From the NCBI GenBank assembly GCA_951406725.2, contig OX597835.1:2604001-2668000 (forward strand): a DNA stretch of 64,000 nucleotides, in the 5' to 3' direction. Below the pieces are notes generated by a model, which ran no database searches, was not told the DNA's origin, and saw only the letters and a program-made list of their open reading frames with translations. This DNA comes from Octopus vulgaris. Taxonomy: Eukaryota. This document shows positions 40,446 to 54,690 of the stretch, piece after piece (the first letter of the stretch is position 1; each line of letters begins with the position of its first letter). The position numbers were made by a program, and so were the translations under genes.

Positions 40446-41021
40446 TATTTAGTGTCCATATTAAAATAATAATCATTTCGGGGTCGATAAAATAAGTACA
40501 ATTTGATTACTGTGGTCGATGTAATCGACTTGGCCCCTGCCTCGAACTTGTTGACATTGTGTCGAAACCAATATTATCGAAAACTAATAATGTTTTTTGC
40601 GTCATCACCTTAAATTACAAATGCATTTGTTTAGATTTTTAAAGGAAAATTTCGATTATCTTTTCAGAACGAATGCCGTACTTTTGATAACGTATCAGCT
40701 GAATATTTATTTGACTGTGCAGCTCTCTAGTCATTATGTTTTTAATTTCATTATTATTTGAGCGATTATGTTAATTAGAATTTCATAAAGCATACAGTTC
40801 TGGCAGTGAGTGTTAATTTATGTTAATTTATGAATGGTGGATCGACGTTCCTTGCGATTGCTCCCGGATTTTTATATTTCTGATATTTATAGATGGATGC
40901 AAGTCAGATAACAGTAAATATATTCCATAGTATGTGTTAGTGTTAAGTCCGTATGAAAGAGCGTATGTGTGCTTGTGTGTTTAAATATATTTGTACACAA
41001 ATATGCGTGTAAATGTTTGTG

Positions 41022-41052
<31 letters not shown>

Positions 41053-41922
41053 ATAAAAAAATTGCATGTTTATTAAGTGGCTGTGTGGTATATATTTGCA
41101 AATATAAACGTATACACGTAAATTGTGTGTGTGTATATCTCTGTGCTTTGGTGTGTATGTGTTTGTGTTCCCTTGTACCTGTTTGTGTATGTGTTCATTT
41201 TGTATATTCGTGTTTATGCATGCATTGTCTTTATGTGTATTGTATACGTGTGTATGAGTCTATGAAGGTATCTCTGTGTATGTGTGTCTATATATGTGTA
41301 TGTATGTGTATGTGCGTGTGTGTATGTGTATGAATGTGTGCGCCCGTACGCGTTTGTGAACTAATCTTTTCGCATAAAAATTATTTCATTAATATGCCAA
41401 AAATTGGGCTGCGTTTCCATTTCCATTTTCATCCCGTGGCGTAATAAAGCAGTGGCCAATGTTGAATAAGGTGGAATTGGTGTGCAAACGGAATTAATGC
41501 AAACAGCAACACAAACAACAGACGGAAAGCATGCACACGCAAACCCAGTTCAAATGCGTGTAAAAGATATTTGAACCTGTAAAGATTTTTCACGGCATTT
41601 TGTCGTGGAGAGAAATTTTCGCAAGAGGCATAAATGTATTAAAGACAGCACGTTCGTTTCATACGGCCTCTGGTGGACTAAGGAATGGATTTCGAACTCG
41701 TTAGTTCTCTTCGTCACAGAATACCAAGACAACAGGCAAAGCTGAGGGAACTAGAAAACTTTGCCCCTTTATATTTACTGATAGTGCACACCCAATAGAG
41801 GGCGCTCCCAGAGTTTCATACGTGGGAAACTATGTATGCATGCATGTATGTATGTATGTATGTATGTATGTTTGTATGTATGTATGTATGTATGTATGTT
41901 TGTATCTACCTGTCTCACTCCC

Positions 41923-41960
<38 letters not shown>

Positions 41961-42109
41961 ATATCTATATATCTCTCTATATATATATATATATTATATA
42001 TATGTTCGTGTTTGGATGCCATGTTTGTGAAAATATATATACATATATTCTGAGTAGTAACACATGCTCCCATCAAGTAAGAGTCTACATTGGCGGCACC
42101 GTTGATTTC

Positions 42110-42800
42110 AAGCACCGTACCGAGCACACATGAACTTATTCGCCAGCCCAACTTCTAAATTATCTACTTTTTCAGCAACTAATATACAGAACTTAAATCC
42201 CAAATCATTCCCTATACTTTTCCCTGTTCCATCGTCAGTGAGGCTCCCCCATACAATACTAACCTCGGCATCTGTAAACCGTGTTGAAGGATTTTGCTCG
42301 CCATTCTTCGCAGCCACAACCAATCTTTACTTAATAGGTCATCAAGTATAATCCTCTCATGTAAACACAGATTCCATTCATCATTTGTTAAATTTATGTA
42401 ATTCTCTTTACATTAATTACGATTAACTTTCATTACGATTAACCTTAAGTTATAACTTGGTCACACTAGCAACACATCTCTTCTACTAATACCACCATTT
42501 CTATGAAATATTCCTTCTTAAGATTACCTTTGCACATTCCTTTTACCCTACACACAACTTACAGCCACGCTATCCTCTCAACTATCTCCCGATTCTCCAC
42601 TTTTACTACTACTCCTCTCAATACCCTGCTCATTCACCCGCCATCTTTCTGAACTGAAAGCTTTTCTCTTCTTGTCCTTGCTTACTTCAACACTTCTCAC
42701 ACTCCCATCGAGCTACCTATGTCCTCCTTCTACTGCTGCTTGCCTTCCACTTCACCCATTCTACTTTTTATATTTCCTTGCATTATGAACTGAAATGTTA
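42110..42800 (-). mobile_element. Possible highly degraded RTE-type LINE
   Basis: GNDLG..ILVAEKVD resembles the APE motif GN..G.GGVGILVAEKWVD. Confidence 0.35.
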
Positions 42801-44156
42801 GATTTTCATCCCTCCACCTTGAAGACGTTTATGTTGATTCTATTACTGGTTGCATATTTTGGTGAACTACGTCTGCCAACATTACGAATTAGCTCCAACC
42901 CCCAGAAACAGTTGTTGGACATGTAACATCATACTTTCTGCCCTTTAATCTTTTGTATCTTTGTGCTCTGTGTAAGTTCCCTCCATTAATGTATAAATAT
43001 CTACATATATATACTTGAATATTCATCAGCCGAAAATTTTTAGTCTTTGTTTTCTTTCTATTTATATGTATACATGTATATATTTTGTATATTAAACCTA
43101 AGCAGTTTTATTTGTTTATTTCACGAGCTTCTTAATGTACCTCTAGTTCCATCTCTCTATCACTCCATCTCTCATACCTTTCACCTCTCCATTAACAACC
43201 TTCGACCCTTCCCCCACTTTCCCCGTCATTCATAAGGGTCCCAGGGTAGCCGGTGTACTGTGCTGGAGTTCATTCTGTCACCCGCCTTAACAAACCAGGA
43301 CAGTTGAACTAGATATAGTCGGTCAATTTATCAGAATTACAGTTTTAGTGTACTCTATTAAGGGTAATGTGCACTATCTCGTCTTTTAATACTGCTACTC
43401 ACAATAAAATAGCAAAAGATAGAATTTAAATTATATAAAATTATATAAAAGCGAAATGGCTAAAAGTACAAAATTTTTTTATTTATCATTTATATGCTAA
43501 AGGAACTCGTAAATAACTGTATAAATATATCCAATGCACACATGGAGAATTCCAATGATGTTGTACATTAAGTACATTGGATTTTACCAAACTAAAATAT
43601 CTGTATTTTAAAGAAAAACAGTGACAATCAAAAGGAATAAATTTATAGCATCTAAATATTTTCAGGAAAACAACGAGATTATATATATATATATATATAA
43701 ATCGAGAGGGAGAGAGAGAGAGAGAAAGAGAGAGAGAGAAAGAGAGAGAGAGAAAGAGAGAGAGAGAAAGAGAGAGAGAGAAAGAGTGAGAAAGAGAAAG
43801 AAGGGAAAGAGAGGCGGGGGAGATACAGTAAAACTTATATTTGTAAATGATTTCAGAGACATCTTATTTTAAAATATATTGATTGAATTTTTAGCATAAT
43901 GATTCCGTTGCTACAGATTTTTGAAGCAGCTCTGATAAAAGCCGGAAAGAGACACTGACTCTCTTTGCCTTCTGTGTATCCCTGGCGACCATGCGTTATA
44001 TACGACACAGATTCTCAATTCTAAGTAATCAGGATTTATAGAAGGAAAGCTTTATATTACTCAGAAGAAATGAAACAAGCAAGCATGGACGCTTAGAACA
44101 AACTTATGAAATTAATTCGGACAGGCAAAGAGTTAATAGAATCTGCAACAGTTTTT

Positions 44157-44212
<56 letters not shown>

Positions 44213-44575
44213 CACACAGACAAACACATGACCCCTTGACACTCATACGACACACACACATATGATTTTAATAAAGGATTTCATATGGAAAGCAAAGGTA
44301 ACAACATAATCTTTTTCCTTCGGCCAATTTTCCGTCTTTCGAATATTTTTCATTAATTCAATTACATCGATGTGTCAGTTTTGCGAACTACCGTTTTCGA
44401 TCGATTATCGATCAGCTGTTTTTCATAAACTGACATCAAGCAATATATAACTTTTATAGAACATTTCAGGTCCTGCTCTTTATCTTCAGGGTGAAATAAG
44501 ACACACACACAGACACACACACACACAGACACACACACACACACAGACACAGACACAGATACAGACACACACACA

Positions 44576-44620
<45 letters not shown>

Positions 44621-45327
44621 ACACACACACACAAAACGTGTGTTATGACTTTTTTTGTTATGAGTAAATGAATTATTTCCTAGTTAACTGAGAAATCTAT
44701 GTCCCATGGGTTGTAGATAAATGTATTAGTGTCATTCTGTTCAGAAACCTGTGTAATCCCTTAAAGTGGAGACAGATATATCATTTCCAACTCGCAGTAT
44801 ACATGGAGATGAATTGCTTTGAAACATATAATTCTTTAGATAGTGTAAAAGTATTGAATGTGAAGTCTTAAGCGACATCATCTAAGAAATCTATAGTCGT
44901 CGTTATACGCTTGTCACCTCTTCTGTCTTGAGAGTTGTAATCTATTATTTTTCAGATTATAACAAGAAGTAAACAGTCTTTACTCCGGAACGAAGTCGAA
45001 GACTATATAGCTACAATATTATTCTGCGACTGCATAACGATGTTGGTAAGGCTTCAATAAATCTGAATGCACTGTATTTTCATATCCTTATTTTCGTATC
45101 TGAAAAGATCATATGGCTAGACTTAAACACACGGTGAATAACTTCTAGTAGTTATCTCATCGACAGTATGTATGTACATAGATGCGTGCATGTGCGCTCC
45201 TGCCTGTGTATATATGTGAAGGAGTGTGTGTTTATGCCACGTAAAAATAATTCTTTGAGTCAATATAACCCGACTAAACACTTGAAGGCTGGGTGTCAGC
45301 ATACCTACAATCCAACAACTTAAATAG

Positions 45328-45379
<52 letters not shown>

Positions 45380-45780
45380 GTAGAAAAATACAAACTGGGA
45401 CAAGAACGTAAAACATTTAGAAGACGATACAAAAAACACGGACGGGACATTCGAAGCCTTCAATCTTCAGTCAAGAACCGGATCATCCTCGCAATTTCGG
45501 TTGATTAATCTTGAGATCGCTCCGATCCGGCCAGCCCCAAGGAAAAACTAAGCTACGAGCATTAGGTTTCTTGGAAAAATGATCGAATGTATACGAAACA
45601 AGGACAGAAAAACGGACGATGCCACACGAATATAAATACAAAAAACAATAATAGTAATAACAGGACAAAAACAGCGGGTGTCTTACGACTAAAGACAGTA
45701 CAACTTAGTTTAGCTGGCGTATTTGGAAAAAATGCCTTTTTCGGCAGACGAAGACAACGATGTTCTCGTGGTGCTGATAT
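45380..45780. mobile_element. TA-flanked dispersed repeat (Penelope-like UTR?) shared with 7218-7387
   Basis: Sequence similarity to 7218-7365; minus-strand CTGAAGA..gaag g cttc GAA tgtc degenerate hammerhead core. Confidence 0.6.
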
Positions 45781-46415
45781 ATATATATATAGTTGAAATT
45801 TACAGAAAAACCAAAGACGAAGACAGGTGTATAGAGAATCGGAAATGAAAGATACACATAGCGTGATTGTTGTACCGATCTCTAGAAATGGATTCTAAAA
45901 ATAAAATCCCAAATGGTCATAAGCTTATCAATAGCCGGAACTGGAGATAGGATAAAAATGATGAAGTACCTTTCTGAATCATATAAATTCATAGGGCCGG
46001 TTTCCAAGTTTTTGTAGCTTAGGTATTCCTCCTTTGAGGGTCACTGGTTCGTCACCGGAATATTAATTCTTGCCAGCTGAATGAAGTGGAGCAACGAGAA
46101 ACAAAAATGGTTCGGTCAAGAACTCAACCCCTCGCCCGTTCCAGGAATCGAAACTGCAATAATAATATCTTACAATTATGAAACCATCACCTCTAACTAC
46201 CAAGCCACGAGTCTCCACAATATCACATACCAAGCCACCAGCTGGTGAGGTTAAGTTTGGATTATATTTATTACCGAAAGAGGCCGGTAATAGACGGACG
46301 GACGGACAGGCAGATAGACGGACGGACGGACAGACAGATAGATAGATAGATAGATGTATGGTTGGATGGACGGACGGACGGATGGACAGATAGACAGACA
46401 GACAGATATATAAAC

Positions 46416-46476
<61 letters not shown>

Positions 46477-46908
46477 TTTTGCTAGCTTGCCAGCCATTTA
46501 GATGGCTGGATACACAGACATGCTAGAGACACAGAGAAGGAGACAGGAGATAACAGGAAAACGGATGGGTGAGTGAGTGAAAGAAAGTGACAGAAAGAGA
46601 GTAAGAGAGAGAGAGAAGAGATGGGAGAGAGAAAGAGTGTGTGTGTGTGTTTGTTTGGTACTAATTATTTAGTATTGACCAGTCTCTTTCTGCTTGACAA
46701 CCGAAGAAGTTGTCCATGAATAGAGTGCACAAATTCATTCAACCAAACACTTTCATTAAATAACTCAACTTTCACAATTAAATAATCCCCCCCTCCCAAC
46801 ACTAAGCCAAACTCTGTCTTCGTATTCCCCATCACAAACTAAGATCATACAAATTCCATCGATCAGCTAGAAATAGCAGCCGCATCTTGCTAAAAACGGA
46901 TCTATCGT

Positions 46909-47370
<462 letters not shown>

Positions 47371-47633
47371 GGCTTAAGACTCAAGGAAGACACTGAATAG
47401 GGTAGCAGTTTTCCCTCTTTTGCTTGCGCCAGTCATTGAGTTGTGGCCATGCCAACCCACATTCTGGAACAGATCTAGTCCAACAATTCGATCCGAGTAT
47501 CTCTTTTTTTAAAGTCTGGGATTTATTATATTGGTCGCTTTTGCTGAACCGCTAACCAACGGAGCCATAAACAAACGGTGATAGAGGATAAGCACATACA
47601 GAACCCCCCCACATACACACACTTATACATAGA

Positions 47634-47727
47634 TATTTAAGTGTATCTTTCAAATGTCTTCACTTTGCAGGGTAGTTTCCGATCTCAGCGCGCCAAAGTG
47701 AAGGCATTTGAAAAATACACATAAATA
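47634..47727. repeat. Hairpin: 34-bp arms, 26-nt loop
   Basis: tatttaagtgtatctttcaaatgtcttcactttg / caaagtgaaggcatttgaaaaatacacataaata, 3 mismatches. Confidence 0.85.
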
Positions 47728-48353
47728 TAATTTGTAGAACTTTATACATGCTGGATTTCGGTTGGGCGTTCTGTATCTAGTTCTGGAAATTATGTTTCGT
47801 AAATAAATGCTGAAACTATAGAATCCCGCTGATTAGGCAACTATACAGTTATCAATTTCCATATGTGAATGTGAAAGCGTCGAGGCGAGTTTCGCTTTGC
47901 GTTTAAGCGGAGGACGGATTTGCAGTTACCATGGCTCGGCATAACGTTCAGGTTCGAATCGTAAATCCTTGTAACTTTTAAAATTGCATAAAGGCGAGAT
48001 TGCACAAAAGGAGTTTCCGCACAAACGAAAGCCACTTTACACGTTGAATGCCACTGTAAGGTCCCCTCTTTAAAGGTTATACTGTCTTCTCTTATTACAG
48101 AAATACTGTGAGAAATAGAGCGTGTTGTAAGTATTAGGAGGCCAGAAATAGCTGAGCTCACATGGAATAGTACAATACTTAAGTTTACATCCACAGAGAG
48201 ACACATGCACACATACACGGAGATAAGCACACACACAGGCACACAGTAAAGCACACACACACATATAATGTAAATACAATGACCAATAAAAACAGAGGAG
48301 AGACGTTTAACGAATACAGTATTCGCTTGATGCTTAAATGGAAAGTGAAAGTG

Positions 48354-48389
48354 TCTTAACGTTTCAGACGTTTGTCCATCATCAGAAGA
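48354..48389 (-). ncRNA. Minimal type-I hammerhead ribozyme motif, canonical core
   Basis: TCTT-CTGATGA-T-GGAC aaac GTCT-GAAA-CG-TT-AAGA; palindromic stem III ACGT, GUU triplet. Confidence 0.7.
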
Positions 48390-48507
48390 GAGAAGCATAG
48401 AGAGACTGATAGACCGAGAGAGAGAGAGAGAGAGAGAGGAAGAGAAAGTAAGGAAGAGAGAGAGGAGGAGAAAGTAAGGAAGAGAGAGAGACAGGAAGAA
48501 AGAGTAA

Positions 48508-48546
<39 letters not shown>

Positions 48547-48796
48547 GAGAGAGATATAGCAGCAATCGGAAGTAGAAAAATAAATCAGTTGTAAGAACGG
48601 GCTTTGTGAGGACGCGAACTCGTTCCTTCCATGTTTTCGGTTTTAATTTTCCTTTCCGCTGTTTTACTCCAAACTCGAAAGCATTACACTAATGTATTCG
48701 TATCATTGTTATTTAAGTTCACTATCACAGTTAAAACTTTCTAATATTTAAAGTTATATTTTATGAATGTATGTACGTAATTATGTATGCAAATGT

Positions 48797-49177
48797 GGAG
48801 GCGCAATGGCCCAGTGGTTAGGGCAGCGGACTCGCGGTCGTAGGATCGCGGTTTCGATTCCCAGACCGGGCGTTGTGAGTGTTTATTGAACGAAAACACC
48901 TCAAGCTCCACGAGGCTCTGGCAGGGATGGTGGTGATCCCTGCTGTACTCTTTCACCACAACTTTCTCTCGCTCTTACTTCCTGTTTCTGTTGCACCTGT
49001 ATTTCAAAGGGCCGGCCTTGTCACTCTCTGTGTCACGCTGAATATCCCCGAGAACTACGTTAAAGGTACACGTGTCTGTGGAGTGCTCAGCCACTTACAC
49101 GTTAATTTCACGAGCAGGCTGTTCCGTTGATTCGGATCAACCGGAACCCTCGTTCGCGTAACCGACGGAGTGCTTCC
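48797..49177 (+). mobile_element. Full-length SINE family C flanked by 83-bp direct repeats
   Basis: Head GGAGGCGCAATGGCCCAGTGGTTAGGG..GTTTCGATTCCC; repeats at 48711-48793 and 49178-49260. Confidence 0.95.
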
Positions 49178-50059
49178 ATTTAAGTTCACTATCACAGTTA
49201 AAACTTTCTAATGTTTAAATTCATATTTTATGAATGTATGTACGTAATTATGTATGCAAAGGTTAAGCATTAGAAGTTAAATGATATATCACAGAAGACT
49301 AACATGTGTGTCTTACACCCACGCACAAACACACACATATTCGCACGCTCGCAGTCTGTATGAAGAAATATTGCTATTGATAAATTAATTTCCCTTTCCG
49401 TCTCATCCCGTAACTCTTTGAATGAAACTATAAAAGTTCCCAGACGACCAAAAACTTTACCTTTTATTGAAATCTGAACATCAAGAATAAAACTATTAAC
49501 CATTAACCCTCAACCATTAACCATTAACCTTGCTGAAGGAATTTTAAAAGATCAGCCAATAAATAACAGGCAGGCATAAACCCGTTGCTGGCTTTATTTT
49601 TATTTTCATTTTATTTGTTCGTTGTCTTTCATCGTATTTCAGAAATTATGAAATTAAATATTTGTTATTGTTGGTGATGTTGTTTAGAGTCAGGTCAGCA
49701 GTATGGATGAATAGCTTTATGATCAAAGGGGACTGCTTTTGGCTCTGCCCATCTTCTTTTCTCTTCTAAAACAGTAGAGCGTGACTTGAATAGTATTTTC
49801 TCCCCATATCAAGCAACGCTGATCGTGGCAATTGCTGTGATTAGTCTTCATTTTTATGACTAATTGTTATTTACACAAAGTCAAGCGACTGAGTATTTCT
49901 TCGCTCAGACTATCTCCAGGCCATTGGCAGATTTGTAATTAGAGACAGACTTTAATGGTTGTCTTGGTTTCATGGATCGTTTCATTTCAATGAAGCATGT
50001 TAAGTAAACACAATGTGTGTGTGTGTGTGTGTGTGTGTGTTTATTTACACCTATATACA

Positions 50060-50446
50060 TACTCTCTTTACTCTTTTACTTGTTTCAGTCATTTGACTGC
50101 GACCATGCTGGAGCACCACCTTTAATCGAGCAACTCGACCCCGGGACTTATTCTTTTGTAAGCCCAGTACTTATTCTATCGGTCTCTTTTGCCGAACCGC
50201 TAAGTGACGGGGACGTAAACACACCAGCATCGGTTGTTAAGCAATGCTAGGGGGACAAACACAGACACACAAACACATATATATATATACGACGGGCTTC
50301 TTTCAGTTTCCGTCTACCAAATCCACTCACAAGGCATTGGTCGGCCCGGGGCTATAGCAGAAGACACTTGCCCAAGATGCCACGCAGTGGGACTGAACTC
50401 GGAACCATGTGGTTGGTTAGCAAGCTACTTACCACACAGCCACTCC
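50060..50446 (-). mobile_element. SINE family A
   Basis: Match to the other A copies. Confidence 0.9.
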
Positions 50447-51950
50447 TTATATATTTATTTATAAATAAAATTTGAATTCTAAACGAGAGAAAGGGAATTT
50501 TAAACATGCAGCGGGTCATTTCTTTTATTTCTATTTAGAAGTAGATATTCTATTGTAAAGGATGTTTTAAATGAACGATATTGTAGATCTCAGGCCCAAT
50601 AAATTCGTATTTATGTCAGTCAGAATTTTGGGAGTATCAAACAAAATGTTTAGTGGTATTTGCTGCGGTTCCTTACGCTATGAGTTCAAATCCTGCCGTT
50701 GTCAACTAAGCCTTAAATCCCTTCCGGTGTGTGTGTGTGCGTGTGTGACGCCGTCAAAAGAATTTAGAAGCTTCGAACCTTGAAATGATTCATTCTTCTT
50801 AGGAACGGTGAATTTCGAATCAAATCTTTGTTGGGTTAAAAACTCTCTGGGCGGAAGGTGGAAGGCTGGCTGCGTGACTTGAACCCCCGCGCCTCCTTGA
50901 GATTCGCTGTTCCTATAAATATATCTACATACGCACACATACACACACATACGCACACGCACACACATATGTAAAGAGAGAGAGAAAGAGAAAGGGAGAG
51001 AGAGAGAGACAGAGACAGAGAGGGAAAACACAGAGAGAGAGAGGGGGAGGGAGAAAGAGAGAGAGAGAGAGTTAAGTGTTTTGCGATTTTGACATTAAAA
51101 TGTATGGAAACGTTAGCTTAGAAGTTGTCATGTTCTGTAATGTTTGAAAGAAGGTTTTATAAATGTTGTCTGCTATTGTCGACTTCTGCTTCAACGACTC
51201 CATTTGTTCCTTCAAGAAACCGTAAACACTGTTCAAACTTTTGTCGTCTGTTTCCTTTGTTGCATTTATAAACATGACACAGTATTCTTCACGTTTTGTC
51301 TGACATATTGGCAGTAAGTGTTGCCAAAGTAAAGATGGTGGTAACACACAAATACAAACTGCACTATTTGCTCTTAGTTTTAATCGTCTAAGCACACCAT
51401 AAAATTTCTTTTGATATTATTTATCACGTATTAAATATGATTATTAAATAATTCGAAATAACAAAAGCATACGTGCAAACTGACTTATTGAGTGTGTGAA
51501 AGTATCGATTATTTTGGCTGCTGTTACAGAATACAATTGAAGTTGTTTTTCGTTATCGATCGCTTGCACAAGACATTTAATTCGGTTCTCTAGCATTCCT
51601 CTCAAGATAAAGGTTAACAGAAAAGAAGCTGTTTTTTTCCAATACTTGTTGTCACTTAAACGCTATCATTTATCTTTCACCTCGTTCCAGTCATTAGACT
51701 GTGGCCATGCTGGGGCATCGCTTTGAAGAATTCTAATCGAACAAATCAACCCCAGTACTTTTTATAAACTTGGTGCTCATTCTATCGGATTCTTTTGCCG
51801 AACTGCTAAGTTACGAGGATGCAAACTCATCAACAACGGTTGCTCAGCAGTATTGGGTTACTGATACAGACACAAAGCCGTGCATGCACACTCACGCACA
51901 CACATACGCACACACATACGCACATGCATACATACATGTGTGTGTATAAT

Positions 51951-52207
51951 CTAGTCCCTTGCGACTTTTACATCTTTCCAAAAACCAAATCCCACTTGAA
52001 AGGACCAAGATTTCAAGATGTTGAAGAAATCCAAGAGAATCTGAGAAGGCAGCTGCTCCCGATCCTCAAAGAGGAATTACAAGAATTCTCCCATCAAGGG
52101 AAACGACAGATGGGGGCTATTTCGAAGGAGATTAAATACCGTATTCATATAAGTTGTGGTTTTTTTTTATATGGCACCAGTCCCGATAGTAATGATCAGA
52201 CCTCATA
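51951..52207 (+). mobile_element. mariner 3' fragment (transposase C-terminus plus right TIR) inside a diverged SINE-A
   Basis: LVPCDFYIFPKTKSHLKGPRFQDVEEIQEN corresponds to the (SPD)LAPCDFxLFPKLK..LKG.RF motif; TIR-like cagtcccgatagtaatgatcagacctcata at 52178-52207. Confidence 0.8.
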
Positions 52208-52298
52208 TGAAGGTGTCACACTCAGGAATTGAACATGAAATGGCATAGTTTGGAAGCGAACTTCTTAACCACTTAACCATGCTTTTGTCTATGCTTGA

Positions 52299-52336
<38 letters not shown>

Positions 52337-54331
52337 ATTAGTAGGTGATGGTTTGTTTATTTATGTATGTATATGTGTGCAAGAATATTCATATGGTTTG
52401 TATGTGCGCGCGTTTTATATGTTTGTATCAATGAATGTGGGTGGTACGCATGTGTGTGGTATGGTAAATACTTTGCTTATATTTGTGACAGTGTGTGCGG
52501 GTATATATATATATATATATATATATGCACATACAGGTTTGAATATGTGAGCATGTATGGTATGTACATGTATGTTTGTATGCATAAATGTGTATATCTG
52601 AGCGTACGTACTTCCAAAGTGAGATTATGTAAAGAAATGTAAACTGTCAAAATTTTATAAATTTCAAATGGAACTGTCATTTCTCAGAAAAATATCCATT
52701 TATTAAGCAATCACCACTTCACCCCGCCTCCATCACCATAAACAAAATCCGACCCATCTTCCCCTACCCCCATCCTCACATAGTTTTCTTTACAACTTTA
52801 TATCATTTCATCATGTAACTATGCCACTCACATTCCTTTTCCACCATATTTACTATGTTTTTTTCTTCTGCCATCCGTTAACAAGATGGTGTCATCATGT
52901 TTATCGTGTTCATTTTTATTGATTCAATATCGTTTAATGACAACATAAATGTAAGAGAAACGCCATTTTGTTTGTGTCATTTTTGTTCTGTTCCTTTTTC
53001 TTTCTCTTCTTTTACAGACATTTAGACCAGTGTGATTTGGGGTACGGAAGTGGGTAGTTGTTGGGTCAATTTTGGCAATCTGTTCAAATATCTTAATTGC
53101 TAACCCTAACTGCAATCTCTTTCTCAATCCACTCCCGACACACTCAAGCCCGACCTTAAAATCTCGGACCAAAATCCCTTTGCAACACTTTTATTGGTTT
53201 CGATTAATCATTCGACTGCAGCCATGCTGGAGCGCCGCATTGGGCGTTTTAGTCGAACGAATCGTTCCCAGCACTTATTCTTTTAACCCGATACATATAC
53301 TATTGGTCTCATCCGACGAAACGTCTATTTAAGCGAGAGATTTGTTGTCTAGTACAGAGAGATAACAGTAGTAAGTTCTTTCACATTTATCAACGTAGTC
53401 GCGGCAATCTTTCCACTTTTGAGCGCTTTAATCCCTACTCCCGTGACTTCAGACTCTGTGAGGTTAGTTTTCATCTGTAGATGTCCTTCGTGTCTTCCAG
53501 AAGATTTTATTGTGAGTGGATTCAAGAAATCAGCAAAGCATGTTCTTTACCTCTTAAGGATACTCCCCTGTAGAGAAAAGATTCAAATGCTGCCGAAGTC
53601 GACTTTGCCTTTCATCATCACGAGGTCGATAAAATAAGTATCAGTTGAGCTTTGGGATCGACGTAATCGACTTACCACTTATCCCGAAAGTGCTGTCCAT
53701 GTGTCGCAATCTGAAACCGATATCTCACACTTTGTAAACTTTTATTCTTCTAATAAAATTTTTGTATACATGATCCAGCACGTTGATTGATATAACAATA
53801 CCAGGGGTTATCGAAACGATCGTAACTAATTAATAATTGTGATACCACTAAGTTATTTTATTTTATATGTATATACATAAATACCTATGCTTCCATCCAT
53901 ACACACATATATTTACTTACATCTGTATATGTACACAACTATATCTCTCAATGTATGCATATGTGTATGTATGTCTATGTACCTATATTTGTATGTATGT
54001 ATATGTGTGCGTGAATACGTGTATGTTTATATATAATTGTTCATAAATTGTGCTCATTTATATGTATATATATATAAGTGTTCAAAGACACAGCCATATA
54101 TGCATACCCAAATTTCAATATCTTTATGAAGGCAAACACGCTGATCGGGAATGGTGAAGTTGTTAATGGTCACGTGCACGAATAAGTTCGATGAAAAGAT
54201 TCTTAAGAAGACAACTTTTACAAGTCAGCCATATTCTTTGAAAGCTCCTGTTTTTATTTCTTGCTTCTAAATGCCTCTCCATATTTCTAAAGATCTATAG
54301 AACCACTCCCACACACACATGTATATTTGGA

Positions 54332-54384
<53 letters not shown>

Positions 54385-54537
54385 TGAAGTAGATAAATGA
54401 ATGATCTTATTACGGATAATTCAAATGATAACCGATACCTGGGTAGCAAAAATCACAACAGAAAAAGCACTGTTGAGGCTACGACCATTGGGCCTAAACT
54501 CCGTGCCTTAGTGCGGAAATTTGAAGTTTTGTATATT

Positions 54538-54642
54538 TAGTGTATGAAGAAATGGAGCTGAACGAAGATTTAACAAAATTCCTTTTTATTATTTTCTACA
54601 TAGGAATTTTGTTAAATCTTCGTTCAGCTCCATTTCTTCATA

Positions 54643-54647
<5 letters not shown>
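54538..54647. repeat. Perfect 46-bp inverted repeat, 18-nt loop
   Basis: tagtgtatgaagaaatggagctgaacgaagatttaacaaaattcct and its exact reverse complement at 54602-54647. Confidence 0.95.

Positions 54648-54690
<43 letters not shown>

Noticed and set aside
48797-48872. tRNA gene (also heads at 10215, 36828, 63500-63577)
   Set aside because: A and B boxes continue into SINE bodies found in multiple copies; no convincing acceptor stem or cloverleaf.
51072-51395. 107-aa non-repetitive minus-strand ORF
   Set aside because: No recognisable domain or convincing splice context; length attainable by chance.
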